Of a stretch of DNA of 64,000 nt, positions 12,885-24,949 are shown one piece after another. Both the position numbers and the translations under genes were made by a program. Source of the stretch: Pecten maximus (Eukaryota); contig NC_047016.1 of the NCBI RefSeq assembly GCF_902652985.1, positions 2,480,001-2,544,000 of the forward strand, written 5' to 3'. A model generated the notes under the pieces. The model ran no database searches. It saw nothing but the letters and a program-made list of their open reading frames with translations, and was not told where the DNA came from. Numbering within the stretch: position 1 is the first letter of the stretch; each line of letters opens with the position of its first letter.

Positions 12885-14975
12885 ACACGTGTCACCGCAT
12901 TGGTACCAAGGACACATGGGATGGATGTTCCCACATTGATGTTAAGGACACATGGGATGGAGGTTCCCACATTTGTACCAAGGACACATGGGATGGAGGT
13001 TCCCACATTGATGTTAAGGACACATGGGATGGAGGTTCCCACATTTGTACCAAGGACACATGGGATGGAGGTTCCCACATTGATGTTAAGGACACGTGGG
13101 ATGGAGGTCCCCACATTGATGTTAAGGACACATGGGATGGAGGTTCCCACATTGGTACCAAGGACACATGGGATGGAGGTTCCCACATTGATGTTAAGGA
13201 CACATGGGATGGAGGTTCCCACATTGGTACCAAAGACACATGGGATGGAGGTCCCCACATTGGTACCAAGGACACATGGGATGGAGGTTCCCACATTGGT
13301 ACCAAGGACACATGGGATGGAGGTCCCCACATTGGTACCAAGGACACATGGGATGGAGGTTCCCACATTGATGTTAAGGACACATGGGATGGAGGTTCCC
13401 ACATTGGTACCAAGGACACATGGGATGGAGGTTCCCACATTGGTACCAAGGACACATGGGATGGAGGTCCCCACATTGATGTTAAGGACACATGGGATGG
13501 AGGTTCCCACATTGATGTTAAGGACACATGGGATGGAGGTTCCCACATTGATGTTAAGGACACATGGGATGGAGGTTCCCACATTGGTACCAAGGACACA
13601 TGGGATGGAGGTTCCCACATTGATGTTAAGGACACGTGGGATGGAGGTCCCCACATTGGTACCAAGGACACATGGGATGGAGGTTCCCACATTGGTACCA
13701 AGGACACATGGGATGGAGGTTCCCACATTGATGTTAAGGACACATGGGATGGAGGTTCCCAAATTGGTACCAAGGACACATGGGATGGAGGTCCCCACAT
13801 TGGTTCTAAGGACACATGGGATGGAGGTTCCCACATTGGTACCAAGGACACATGGGATGGAGGTTCCCACATTGGTACCAAGGACACATGGGATGGAGGT
13901 TCCCACATTGGTTCTAAGGACACATGGGATGGAGGTTCCCACATTGGTACCAAGGACACATGGGATGGAGGTTCCCACATTGGTACCAAGGACACATGGG
14001 ATGGAGGTCCCCACATTGATGTTAAGGACACATGGGATGGAGGTTCACACATTGATGTTAAGGAAACATGGGATGGAGGTTCCCACATTGGTACCAAGGA
14101 CACATGGGATGGAGGTTCCAACATTGATGTTAAGGACACATGGGATGGAGGTTCCCACATTGGTACCAAGAACACATGGGATGGAGGTCCCCACATTGAT
14201 GTTAAGGACACATGGGATGGAGGTTCCCACATTGATGTTAAGGACACATGGGATGGAGGTTCCCACATTGGTACCAAAGACACATGGGATGGAGGTTCCC
14301 ACATTGATGTTAAGGACACATGGGATGGAGGTTCCCACATTTGTACCAAGGACACATGGGATGGAGGTTCCCACATAGGTACCAAGGACACATGGGATGG
14401 AGGTTCCCACGTTGGTACCAAGGACACATGGGATGGAGGTCCCCACATTGGTACCAAGGACACATGGGATGGAGGTTCACACATTGATGTTAAGGAAACA
14501 TGGGATGGAGGTTCCCACATTGGTACCAAGGACACATGGGATGGAGGTTCCCACATTGGTACCAAGGACACATGGGATGGAGGTTCCCACGTTGGTACCA
14601 AGGACACATTGGATGGAGGTTCCCACATCGGTGTTAAGGATACATGGGATGGAGGTTCCCACATTGGTACCAAGGACACATGGGATGGAGGTTCCCACAT
14701 TGGTACCAAGGACACATGGGACGGAGGTTCCCACATTGGTGTTAAGGACACATGGGATGAAGGTTCCCACATTAGTTCTAAGGACACATGGGATGGAGGT
14801 TCCCACTTTAGTGTTAAGGACACATGGGATGGAGGTTCCCACTTTAGTGTTAATGACACATGGGATGGAGGTTCCCACTTTAGTGTTAAGGACACATGGG
14901 ATGGAGGTTCCCACTTCAGTGTTAAGGACACATGGGATGGAGGTTCCCACATTAGTATTAAGGACACATGGGAAT
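12885..14975. repeat. 36 bp minisatellite, ~58 copies, with two interleaved unit variants
   Basis: Unit GGACACATGGGATGGAGGTTCCCACATTG(GTACC/ATGTT)AA; it accounts for the 524 aa, 691 aa and 397 aa ORFs. Confidence 0.97.
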
Positions 14976-15383
14976 GGGCTCCCTCGTTGATATTGAGAAC
15001 ACCTGCAATGTAATTATTATATCTGAAAAATCGTGAAAATAAATAATTGAAGTCGTATTAGGCAGGTCAAGTGGTCTTGAAGTATTTCCATCATCTTACA
15101 ATAAAATATGTCGAGTGACGCAATTTCGTCTCGGTTGCTTGTGCTTTATATACATGTACGTCTGTTGAGTGTGCTTCTTTAAACATTTTTCTCTCGATGA
15201 ACAAATGACTGTTGTGTAAGATATCGGCCTCCTTGAGGAAGTGTCCGGGTCGTGCTTAGTCCACCCTTATCTAGACAGACAGATAGAGGTAGGAGTCACC
15301 TCACGATAAGGCTGTAAGTGATTTCGATTGGTTTGTGTCTTCAGAGATCGAACAAGTGATCCCGGGGGTCACACAGTACTCAC

Positions 15384-15393
15384 GTGTTATACC
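15384..15393 (-). CDS. Candidate 10 nt microexon (GIT-L) of the Ly6/uPAR-like gene; phase 0-1
   Basis: gttgttgttgcAG|GGTATAACAC|GTGAGT; it bridges a phase-0 first exon and the phase-1 exon 8665-8700. Confidence 0.4.
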
Positions 15394-15779
15394 CTGCAAC
15401 AACAACTCGGGACTATCACGTTAAAATTAATACGTTATATATTCTACAAAGGCGAGTTATTTTCCTTGAGTATATCACAAATTTGAGTTATTGTCATTCA
15501 TTATATACATGTATTAGTATATCACATGTTTGCTTTATTGACATTCATTATATATTAGTATACCAGTTTTCTATGTTCTTGAGTCTCACAACACAGTGAC
15601 TTATTCTCGGAATTATGCAAAAAAAAATGTATATTTCGTGACCGGTTCACAACTGTAACTATACAGATGAACTATTACAACAGAATTGTATTTCCTGTTG
15701 GTTTAGATAGCAGTATATGTTATCTATAACAGTAACAGGTTGGATGTTTAATTTTAACCACTGCTGTTATTTCGCTTAA

Positions 15780-16610
15780 AGCAACTCAAAAACGAAAATA
15801 CTATATGGAAGGATCGGGAGGAGAACGAATCCAATTGGAACATGTCAAGAACGAAAAGGACATTGGTGTCACCATAGATGAGGATTTAAACTTCAAAACG
15901 CACATACAGTTAATTGTCAATAAAGCTAACAGTATAGTTGGACTGATAAGAAGATCTTTCGTGTATCTGGACGAACTCATGTTCAAAATGCTATTTAAAG
16001 CTCTAGTTAGACCCCACCTTGAGTATGCTGCAAGTGTTTGGAACCCATCAAAATTGAAAGATATAGAACTCATTGAAAATGTGCAGAGAAGGGCAACAAA
16101 ACTGATCCCTGGATTTAAAAATATCTCGTACCCGGAACGGCTACAACGGTTAAATCTCCCAACGCTACAGCACCGTAGGACCAGAGGAGATATGATTAAC
16201 GTTTTTAAGATAGTAAATAACATATACGATAGAATAACAAAAAAAACTTTTTCCAAATGGACAAGATGAGTAGAACCAGAGGTCACGATAAGAAAATGTT
16301 CAAAAAGCGATGTCGTCTTGATGGAAGGAAACATTTTTTCAGTTACCGAGTTATTGATTTATGGAATAGCTTGCCACAAATTGTTGTCAAAGCTGATTCT
16401 GTCATAAAATTTGAAATAATGTTAGATGATCATTGGAAAAATAACTGTTTTTATTCATGAATGTACGGGAACTAATATAAAGCCATTAATTACATAGGAA
16501 ATATTTATATTATACTATATTTTTGTATGTATTGATATTGATATGGATATAGTGGCTACAAGCCTGCGTCCATTATTTATGCTAATAAATGCTAATATGT
16601 TAATAAATGA
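15780..16610 (+). mobile_element. 5'-truncated CR1-like LINE (ORF2 C-terminus plus 3' UTR)
   Basis: EKDIGV, LVRPHLEYAASVWNP, SYPERLQRLNLPTLQHRRTRGDMI, RTRGH and FFSYRVIDLWNSLP, followed by a short AT-rich repeat tail near 16580-16610. Confidence 0.92.
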
Positions 16611-16744
16611 TATTTGTAATCTTCTTTGATTCACTCCGATGGTTAAACTTTATTCAAGCTAACCAAGTATCTTCCCCACACTAGGGCACCCTAACACCCA
16701 GAACACCTGACAAAGCCACACAAAGCGTGTGTAGTCTCCATAGA

Positions 16745-19700
16745 ACAGATCATAACACGGCAGGCGAAGGATCACGATATAACAGATGATAAGACGGCGG
16801 GCGGAAGGATCTCGATAGTACAGACAATAAGACGGCGGACGGAAGGATCTCGATAGTACAGATAATAAGGCGACGGGCGGAAGGATCTCGATAGTACAGA
16901 TCATAAGATGGCAGGATGAAGGATCTCGATAGTACAGCTAATAAGACGGCGGGCGGAAGGATCTCGGCAGTACAGATAATAAGACGGCGGGCGGAAGGAT
17001 CTCGGCAGTACAGATCATAAGATGGCAGGATGAAGGATCTCGATAGTACAGATAATAAGACGGCGGCGGAAGGATCTCGATAGTACAGATTATAAGACGG
17101 CGGGCGGAAGGATCTCGGCAGTACAGATCATAAGACGGCGGGTGGAAGGATCTCGATAGTACAGATAATAAGACGGCGGGCGGAAGGATCTCGGCAGTAC
17201 AGATCATAAGACGGCAGGATGAAGGATCTCGATAGTACAGATCATAAAACGGCAGGCGGAAGGATCTCGATAGAAGAGATAATAAGACGGCGGGCGGAAG
17301 GATCTCGGCAGTACAGATAATAAGACGGCGGGCGGAAGGATCTCGGCAGTACAGATCATAAGACGGCGGGCGGAAGTATCTCGACAGTACAGATCATAAG
17401 ATGGCAGGATGAAGGATCTCGATAGTACAGCTAATAAGACGGCGGGCGGAAGGATCTCGGCAGTACAGATAATAAGACGGCGGGCGGAAGGATCTCGGCA
17501 GTACAGATCATAAGATGGCAGGATGAAGGATCTCGATAGTACAGATAATAAGACGGCGGGCGGAAGGATCTCGGCAGTACAGATCATAAGACGGCGGGCG
17601 GAAGGATCTCGATAGTACAGATAATAAGACGGCGGGCGGAAGGATCTCGGCAGTACAGATCATAAGACGGCAGGATGAAGGATCTCGATACTACAGATCA
17701 TAAAACGGCAGGCGGAAGGATCTCGATAGTAGAGATAATAAGACGGCGGGCGGAAGGATCTCGGCAGTACAGATAATAAGACGGCGGGCGGAAGGATCTC
17801 GGCAGTACAGATCATAAGACGGCGGGCGGAAGTATCTCGACAGTACAGATCATAAGACGGCGGGTGGAAGGATCTCGATAGTACAGATAATAAGACGGCG
17901 GGCGGAAGGATCTCGGCAGTACAGATCATAAGACGGCGGGCGGAAGGATATTGGCAGTACAGACAATAAGACGGCAGGATGAAGGATCTCGATAGTACAG
18001 ATCATAAAACGGCAAGATGAAGGATCTAGATAGTACAGATCTTAAAACGGCGGGTGTAAGGATCTCCATAAAACAGATCTTAAAACGGCGGGTGTAAGGA
18101 TCTCGGCAGTGCAGATCATAAGACGGCAGGATGAAGGATCTCGATAGTACAGATCATAAGACGGCGGGCGGAAGGATCTCGATAGTACAGATCACAAGAC
18201 GGCAGGATGAAGGATCTCGATAGTACAGATCATAAGACGGCGGGCGGAAGGATCTCGGCAGTACAGATCATAAGGCGGCGGGCGGAAGGATCTCGATAGT
18301 ACAGATCATAAGATGGCAGGATGAAGGATCTCGATAGTACAGCTAATAAGACGGCGGGCGGAAGGATTTCGGCTGTACAGATCATAAGACGGCGGGCGGA
18401 AGGATCTCGACAGTACAGATTATAAGGCGGCGGGCGGAAGGATCTCGATAGTACAGATCATAAGATAGCAGGATGAAGGATCTCGATAGTACAGCTAATA
18501 AGACGGCGGGCGGAAGGATCTCGGCAGTACAGATAATAAGACGGCGGGCGGAAGGATCTCGGCAGTACAGATCATAAGATGGCAGGATGAAGGATCTCGA
18601 TAGTACAGATAATAAGACGGCGGGCGGAAGGATATCGATAGTACAGATCATAAGACGGCGGCGGAAGGATCTCGATAGTACAGATATTAAGACGGCGGGC
18701 GAAAGGATCTCGGCAGTACAGATCATAAGATGGTGGGCGGAAGGATCTCGGCAGTACAGATCATAAGACGGCGGGCGGAAGGATCTCGATAGTACAGATA
18801 ATAAGACGGCGGGCGGAAGGATCTCGGCAGTACAGATCATAAGACGGCAGGATGAAGGATCTCGATACTACAGATCATAAAACGGCAGGCGGAAGGATCT
18901 CGATAGTACAGATCATAAGACGACGGGCGGAAGGATCTTGGCAGTACAGACAATAAGACGGCAGGATAAAATATCTCGATAGTACAGATCATAAAACGAC
19001 AGGATGAAGGATCTCGATAGTACAGATCATAAGACGGCGGGCGGAAGGATCTCGATAGTACAGATAATAAGACGACGGGCGGAAGGATCTCGGCAGTACA
19101 GATAATAAGACGGCGGGCGGAAGGATCTTGGCAGTACAGACAATAAGACGGCAGGATAAAATATCTCGATAGTACAGATCATAAAACGACAGGATGAAGG
19201 ATCTCGATAGTACAGATTATAAGACGGCAGGATGAAGGATCTCGATAGTACAGATCATAAGACGGCGGGCGGAAGGATCTCGATAGTACAGATTATAAGA
19301 CGGCAGGATGAAGGATCTCGGCAGTACAGATCATAAGACGGCGGGCGGAAGGATCTCGGCAGTACAGATCATAAGACGGCGGGCGGAAGGATCTCGATAG
19401 TACAGATTATAAGACGGGAGGATGAAGGATCTCGATAGTTCAGATTATAAGACGGCGGGCGGAAGGATCTCGATAGTACAGATTATAAGACGGCGGGATG
19501 AAGAATCTCGATAGTTCAGATCATAAGACGGCAGGCGGAAGGATCTCGATAGTACAGACCATGAGACGGCAGGATGAAGGATCTCGATAGTACAGATTAT
19601 AAGACGGCAGGATGAAGGATCTCGATAGTACAGATCATAAAACGGCAGGCGGAAGGATCTCGATAGTACAGATTATAAGACGGTGGGCGGAAGGATCTCG

Positions 19701-20350
19701 ATAGTACAGATTATAAGACGGCGGGATGAAGAATCTCGATAGTTCAGATCATAAGACGGCAGGCGGAAGGATCTCGATAGTACAGATAATAAGACGGCGG
19801 GCGGAAGGATCTCGATAGTACAGATAATAAGACGGCGAGCGGAAGGATCTCGGCAGTACAGATCATAAGACGGCGGGCGGAAGGATCTTGGCAGTACAGA
19901 CAATAAGACGGCAGGATAAAGGATCTCGATAGTACAGATCATAAAACGACAGGATGAAGGATCTCGATAGTACAGATCATAAGACGGCGGACGGAAGGAT
20001 CTCGATAGAACAGACAATAAGACGGCGGGCGGAAGGATCTCGATAGTACAGACAATAAGACGGCAGGATGAAGGATCTCGATAGTACAGATAATAAGGCG
20101 GCGGGCGGAAGGATCTCTATAGTACAGATCATAAGACGGCGGGCAGAAGGATCTTGGCTGTACAGATCTTAAGACGGCGGGCGGAAGGATCTCGATAGTA
20201 CAGATCATAAAACGGCGGACGGAAGGATCTCGATAGCACAGATCATAAGACGGCGGACGGAAGGATCTCGATATTACAGATCATAAGACGGCGGGCGGAA
20301 AGATCTCGATAGTACAGATTATAAGACGGCGGGTGGAAGGATCTCGATAG
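16745..20350. repeat. 38 bp GC-rich minisatellite, ~95 copies
   Basis: Unit AAGACGGCGGGCGGAAGGATCTCGATAGTACAGATCAT with several variants. Confidence 0.97.
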
Positions 20351-20524
20351 GATATTTTGTTTACATGAAATCAGGACCAATAACAAATGATACAGGTATA
20401 TTATGGTCGTAAGACATTAAAATGGGGAGAAAAAAAACAAGAATAAAACTACTGATTTTGACCACACATTTGGATATAGAACCGTACATATGTAGAGTAA
20501 TCTCACGCTCGTCTCTAACTGTAC

Positions 20525-20614
20525 CTTGATCGCAATTAGTTGTTCAGAACCAAACAGATTAATCCCGAACATAAACCCAGCAGCGTAAATCCCGTCTCGG
20601 ATCAAAATCTCCAT
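20525..20614 (-). CDS. Candidate first coding exon of the Ly6/uPAR-like gene (MEILIRDGIYAAGFMFGINLFGSEQLIAIK)
   Basis: ATG at 20614 and a phase-0 donor AAG|GTACAG. The peptide is moderately hydrophobic but not a textbook signal peptide. Confidence 0.35.
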
Positions 20615-20846
20615 ATAACACTCTCATCCGATCAACCGATTATGGCAAAGAACAATCCACTTTGTCCTGAGTATGGAAAGTTTTCATATTTAATTGTATT
20701 ATCAGAGCTCTGTATCCACCAGTTTCTTACCAAGGGTCGGGACGCGTTGGCCTTCATCTGGACGAGTTCTTGACAATATTGCGCAATGGATAGCTCAAAG
20801 TCTAGCTGGGAACAATATCTTCCTCGCATGCCCTTATAAGGTAAGT
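20615..20846. promoter_or_regulatory. Possible bidirectional promoter and non-coding first exon of the + strand gene
   Basis: Consensus + strand donor AAG|GTAAGT at 20841, pairing with the acceptor at 22467; the candidate minus-strand ATG lies ~230 bp away. Confidence 0.35.
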
Positions 20847-21279
20847 AACCATAATCTTATGTAGATATGCTTTTATATAGTACAACCAATGTATGTGTCT
20901 AGTCAGTTGATGACTAACTACTGTGGTAGGGTTAGGGTGCCTGAAATAGATGTTTTCAGTTTTGGAAATAGATGAAGGTCTGATGGAGCGAGATCGGGTA
21001 GATAAAACGGATGCTCAATCAAATTAAAACCACAATCGTGAATGGCAGCCATAGCAATGACAGACTCTTTCACCTTAACCCTTACCGATTTTGTCCATTT
21101 GCAAAACCCGCTTGTCTTGTTTCCTTTAGAGCGCTACCTCTTCGATATAAACTAACCAAATCAGACCAGTCCTTTGGTACATGGCCCTATATAGTCAGAG
21201 AATAGTAGGACTTTAAAAAATCATCCTTGAGTACATCCTTCAATAAGAGGCTCACGACTTATCAATCAGCGCAAGTTCG

Positions 21280-21930
21280 GGCTAGTTCTAGATGGGGGAT
21301 TTTCTAGTCTAAAGAATACGTTATAACGGACCAGTTCTAGATGGGGGATTTTCTAGTCTAAAGAATACGTTATAACGGGCCAGTTTAGATGGGTGATTTT
21401 CTAGTCTAAAGAATACGTTATAACAGGCCAGTTCTAGATGGGGGATTTTCTAGTCTAAAGAATACGTTATAACGGACCAGTTTAGATGGGTGATTTTCTA
21501 GTCTAAAGAATACGTTATAACGGACCAGTTCTAGATGGGGGATTTTCTAGTCTAAAGAATACGTTATAACGGACCAGTTTTAGATGGGGGATTTTCTAGT
21601 CTAAATAATACGTCATAACGGGCCAGTTCTAGATGGGGGGTTTTCTAGTCTAAAGAATACGTTATAACGGGCCAGTTCTAGATGGGGGATTCTTCTAGAC
21701 TAAACAATACGCCGTTACGAGACAGTTCGGAGGATTATTCTAGTGCTAACAATACGCCGTAACTTATAGTTTATACAATACGCCGTAACTTCTAGTTTAT
21801 ACAATACGCCGTAACGGGTCATTTCTAGATGAGGATTTTTCTATTCTAAAAAAATACGCTATAATAGGCCAGTTCTCTAGACGGGGGATTCTTCTAGTAT
21901 AAACAATACGTTATAACGGGCCAGTTCTAG
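21280..21930. repeat. ~49 bp minisatellite, degenerate at the right end
   Basis: Unit CCAGTTCTAGATGGGGGATTTTCTAGTCTAAAGAATACGTTATAACGGA. Confidence 0.9.
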
Positions 21931-22563
21931 CCTGACAGTGTCTGTTTTCATTGGTTCGTCATTCTGTACACCCATTTTAAGTGTAGCTAACTCGAAATGT
22001 CGATTTAGTGTCATCCTGTAGAGTTTTCACGTCAGTGTTAGCACAGTTTCTCCTGATTGTGACATGACGTCATACGGCTTGACTGATTGTATTCAGGATA
22101 AACCGTATGATTCAAGTTCATAGTCATATGATGCCTGCCTTGTGCCATAAATATTTCAGTCTCTAAAACTGAAATATTCTAGTGACTATTTGTCCTCCTT
22201 TATTTGAAATTAAATAATTCATTTCTAATTATGCCTACAAAATAATCAGATTTTAATATGAAAGCAATTCGCGTTAATTTTTAGTAAAATGCCATCGAAT
22301 GGGTTATTTGGAATCTGGAGCGTCACACTGTACATTTATGGGTAAATTATGGTTTAAATGCAAACATCATGATAGTTAAGAAATTGTATAAAATGGTCTG
22401 GTATAAATCCTATTCCATCAAAGAAATGAATTGAAGACTTGTTAATATGTTTTTTTCTTCGCTGCAGGTATTTCGTCCATGACTGTTTCGTCATAGGAAG
22501 TAGCTGGCTGTGTCCTTAATACATTTCCAAACTCGATAATAGTTCCTCATACAAACTACAAAA

Positions 22564-23754
22564 ATGTCGATGTCCTCGAGGTCGCTGTTTCTGTTGAAGA
22601 CACGTGACTTAACCGTACAGGATCACAGTATGAACATTGAGGTGATGCTGGCACCAAATAGGACTTACTTATTGATGAACAAACACAAAACTCTGAACGC
22701 CAAGAGTAACAAACAAAATCATGATGTAGAGAGACAGCGAGACTCCTCCACACACTCGTACATCTCCGAGAAACGTCTCGTGGACCGCCGGAACCAGGAA
22801 TTCTACATCAAACGGGTCAACATGTTCCTCAATCAGTTATCGCCGAACACCCGCACTACCGTCCTCGACAGAAAGTCCTTCTCTCCCAGTTTAAATAAAA
22901 TACAGTACGAAAACAAACAGGCAACAGAAGCGGAGAAAGTAAAAAAACCGAACACTAAGCCAAGAGTCAAATCAGAACCATGCACACCACGAGGTTCTTT
23001 AAGTTCAAGCTTTCCTCTGATTCCGACTGACAGACGTCAATCTAAATCATCTGTAGGTTTTCACGAGAGAGCGAAAGATAAAGACACGGTTGTAAAACAG
23101 ACAAACTCGTTTGGTCGTTCGAGCGTGGCTGTAAAGGGGGGTAAGCTAACCATCCAGGGAGGTCGCTTTCAAAATGAAATCAGATCTAAAGAACAGAATT
23201 GCATCTCGCCCGTCCCAGAATACTTCCCTCCAGTTTCGCCGACACACAATATCACTAGGGATGTTATTACACCAACCAATCCGAATCCATCACCACAACC
23301 AGTCCTACGGGACCATAATAAGATATTTCCGTCCCGAACGGAAATAAAGAAAGTTAAATTTGTGTCAACAAAGGATCAAAATGGTTACAAAAAGTGGCAA
23401 GAAACACAGACCAAAGAGAAACACAAAATAAAATACTTAGACAAAAAGATAGAAGGATTTATGATGGACCAGTTAAAATTTAACCAGTCCAATAGAATAT
23501 CTCACTTTGATAAGCGAGTCGTCAACACGACGGAGGACGGTAAAATTTCAAACAAAGGAAATCTTATCGAGATGTTTGACGCGTTTTGTCAAACAGGAGG
23601 TAAGCAGCAGATGCATAAGCTTGTCAAGATGGCTGCCAAAATGAAAGTCAAAAGAAGTACAGCTACATCGAGTACGTCTCTCGCGCCATCAATCGCATCC
23701 TTCAAAAACTCGCAGACATTCAGGCGCTTGAACGAAGTACTTGTGAGGTCCTAA
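22564..23754 (+). CDS. Uncharacterised basic 396 aa protein, single coding exon; paralog A
   Basis: Non-repetitive long ORF, upstream acceptor ttttttcttcgctgcAG at 22467, AATAAA at 23911 and clear similarity to 33296-34339. Confidence 0.9.
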   Translation: MSMSSRSLFLLKTRDLTVQDHSMNIEVMLAPNRTYLLMNKHKTLNAKSNKQNHDVERQRDSSTHSYISEKRLVDRRNQEFYIKRVNMFLNQLSPNTRTTVLDRKSFSPSLNKIQYENKQATEAEKVKKPNTKPRVKSEPCTPRGSLSSSFPLIPTDRRQSKSSVGFHERAKDKDTVVKQTNSFGRSSVAVKGGKLTIQGGRFQNEIRSKEQNCISPVPEYFPPVSPTHNITRDVITPTNPNPSPQPVLRDHNKIFPSRTEIKKVKFVSTKDQNGYKKWQETQTKEKHKIKYLDKKIEGFMMDQLKFNQSNRISHFDKRVVNTTEDGKISNKGNLIEMFDAFCQTGGKQQMHKLVKMAAKMKVKRSTATSSTSLAPSIASFKNSQTFRRLNEVLVRS

Positions 23755-24624
23755 CTCCGACAGCTCTGGAATATATATATAACGATCTTTGTGTGTCGAT
23801 GTCTGGATGTTATGTTGTTTAACCAGGGGGTAGTATAGATCCCCCGGAATCTCTGTCAAGAACATTGGATTAAAAATGCCTGTTGATAAACGATTCTGTA
23901 TTGTCATTTAAATAAAACAATAACTCATTTTAACATTGAACTTTTATACTAGTATAGAGTTGATATCAATCAATCGATTTGGGTGACAGATAAATGGAAT
24001 GTCGGCCAGTCAGCCTCCAAATTAAATCCGTTTTTTGCGCATTGATATCACAGGTACTTGTGGACATGATTATGATGTTTCTGATTAAAATGTTATGTTA
24101 TAGACGAGTAAATTATTGTATTACAATTGCATGCTTAATTTGTAAAAATCTATATATATATCATACCTTAGTCTTATAAATACTAAAAGGTAAGTAAAGT
24201 AATAGATCGAGTATCTAGGTCACCGCCTACCCTCTCGAGGGAATCCCTGTTCTCCCTAAAATACCCTTTAAAAATCGTTTCACCAATGGCAAAGTTCCAC
24301 ATGGCTGTACACGTATTACAATGAAAGTAGGCAGAGAAGATCTGGAGGTATTGATGGTACTATAACCCAGACCTGAGTTAATCAGTTCGGTTAAAAACTC
24401 AATGATATTTTTCACAGATGGTGAAAATGGTCGATATTCCTTTTAGTTGCATATGAATACCACATTTTGGTGTAAACGTCATACTGTTTCTGTATTCCTG
24501 GGCGCCATGATGACAACAACATTCCCTCAGCTTCTTTTGAAAATCCAATGTCTATGGGAGTTTTCCGGAAAGGCGACAAGCCATGAGCTGCATCTTTGGT
24601 AGGGATTCCATCGATCTGCTGGGT

Positions 24625-24733
24625 TGATACAGAGTGTCCTTCCTCCTAGGTATGATACAGAGTGTCCTTCCTCCTAGGTATGATACAGAGTGTCCTTCCT
24701 CCTAGGTATGATACAGAGTGTCCTTCCTCCTAG
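24625..24733. repeat. ~27 bp tandem repeat (x4) inside the DIRS ORF
   Basis: Unit TGATACAGAGTGTCCTTCCTCCTAGGTA. Confidence 0.9.
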
Positions 24734-24765
24734 GTAACAAAAACACACAATGATCAATCTCAACA

Positions 24766-24949
24766 AAAATGGGAACCATGTTTGTGTAGTCCAAATGGGA
24801 ACCATGTTTGTGTAGTTCAAATGGGAACCATGTTTGTGTAGTCCAAATGGGAACCATGTTTGTGTAGTCCAAATGGGGACCATGTTTGTGTAGTCCAAAT
24901 GGGAACCATGTTTGTGTAGTCCAAATGGGAACCATGTTTGTGTAGTCCA
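24766..24949. repeat. ~26 bp tandem repeat (x7) inside the DIRS MT region
   Basis: Unit AAATGGGAACCATGTTTGTGTAGTCC, which encodes the WTTQTWFP motif on the minus strand. Confidence 0.9.

Noticed and set aside
12804-14990. 524, 691 and 397 aa ORFs as real proteins
   Set aside because: They are by-products of a 36 bp stop-poor minisatellite that is open on both strands inside an intron.
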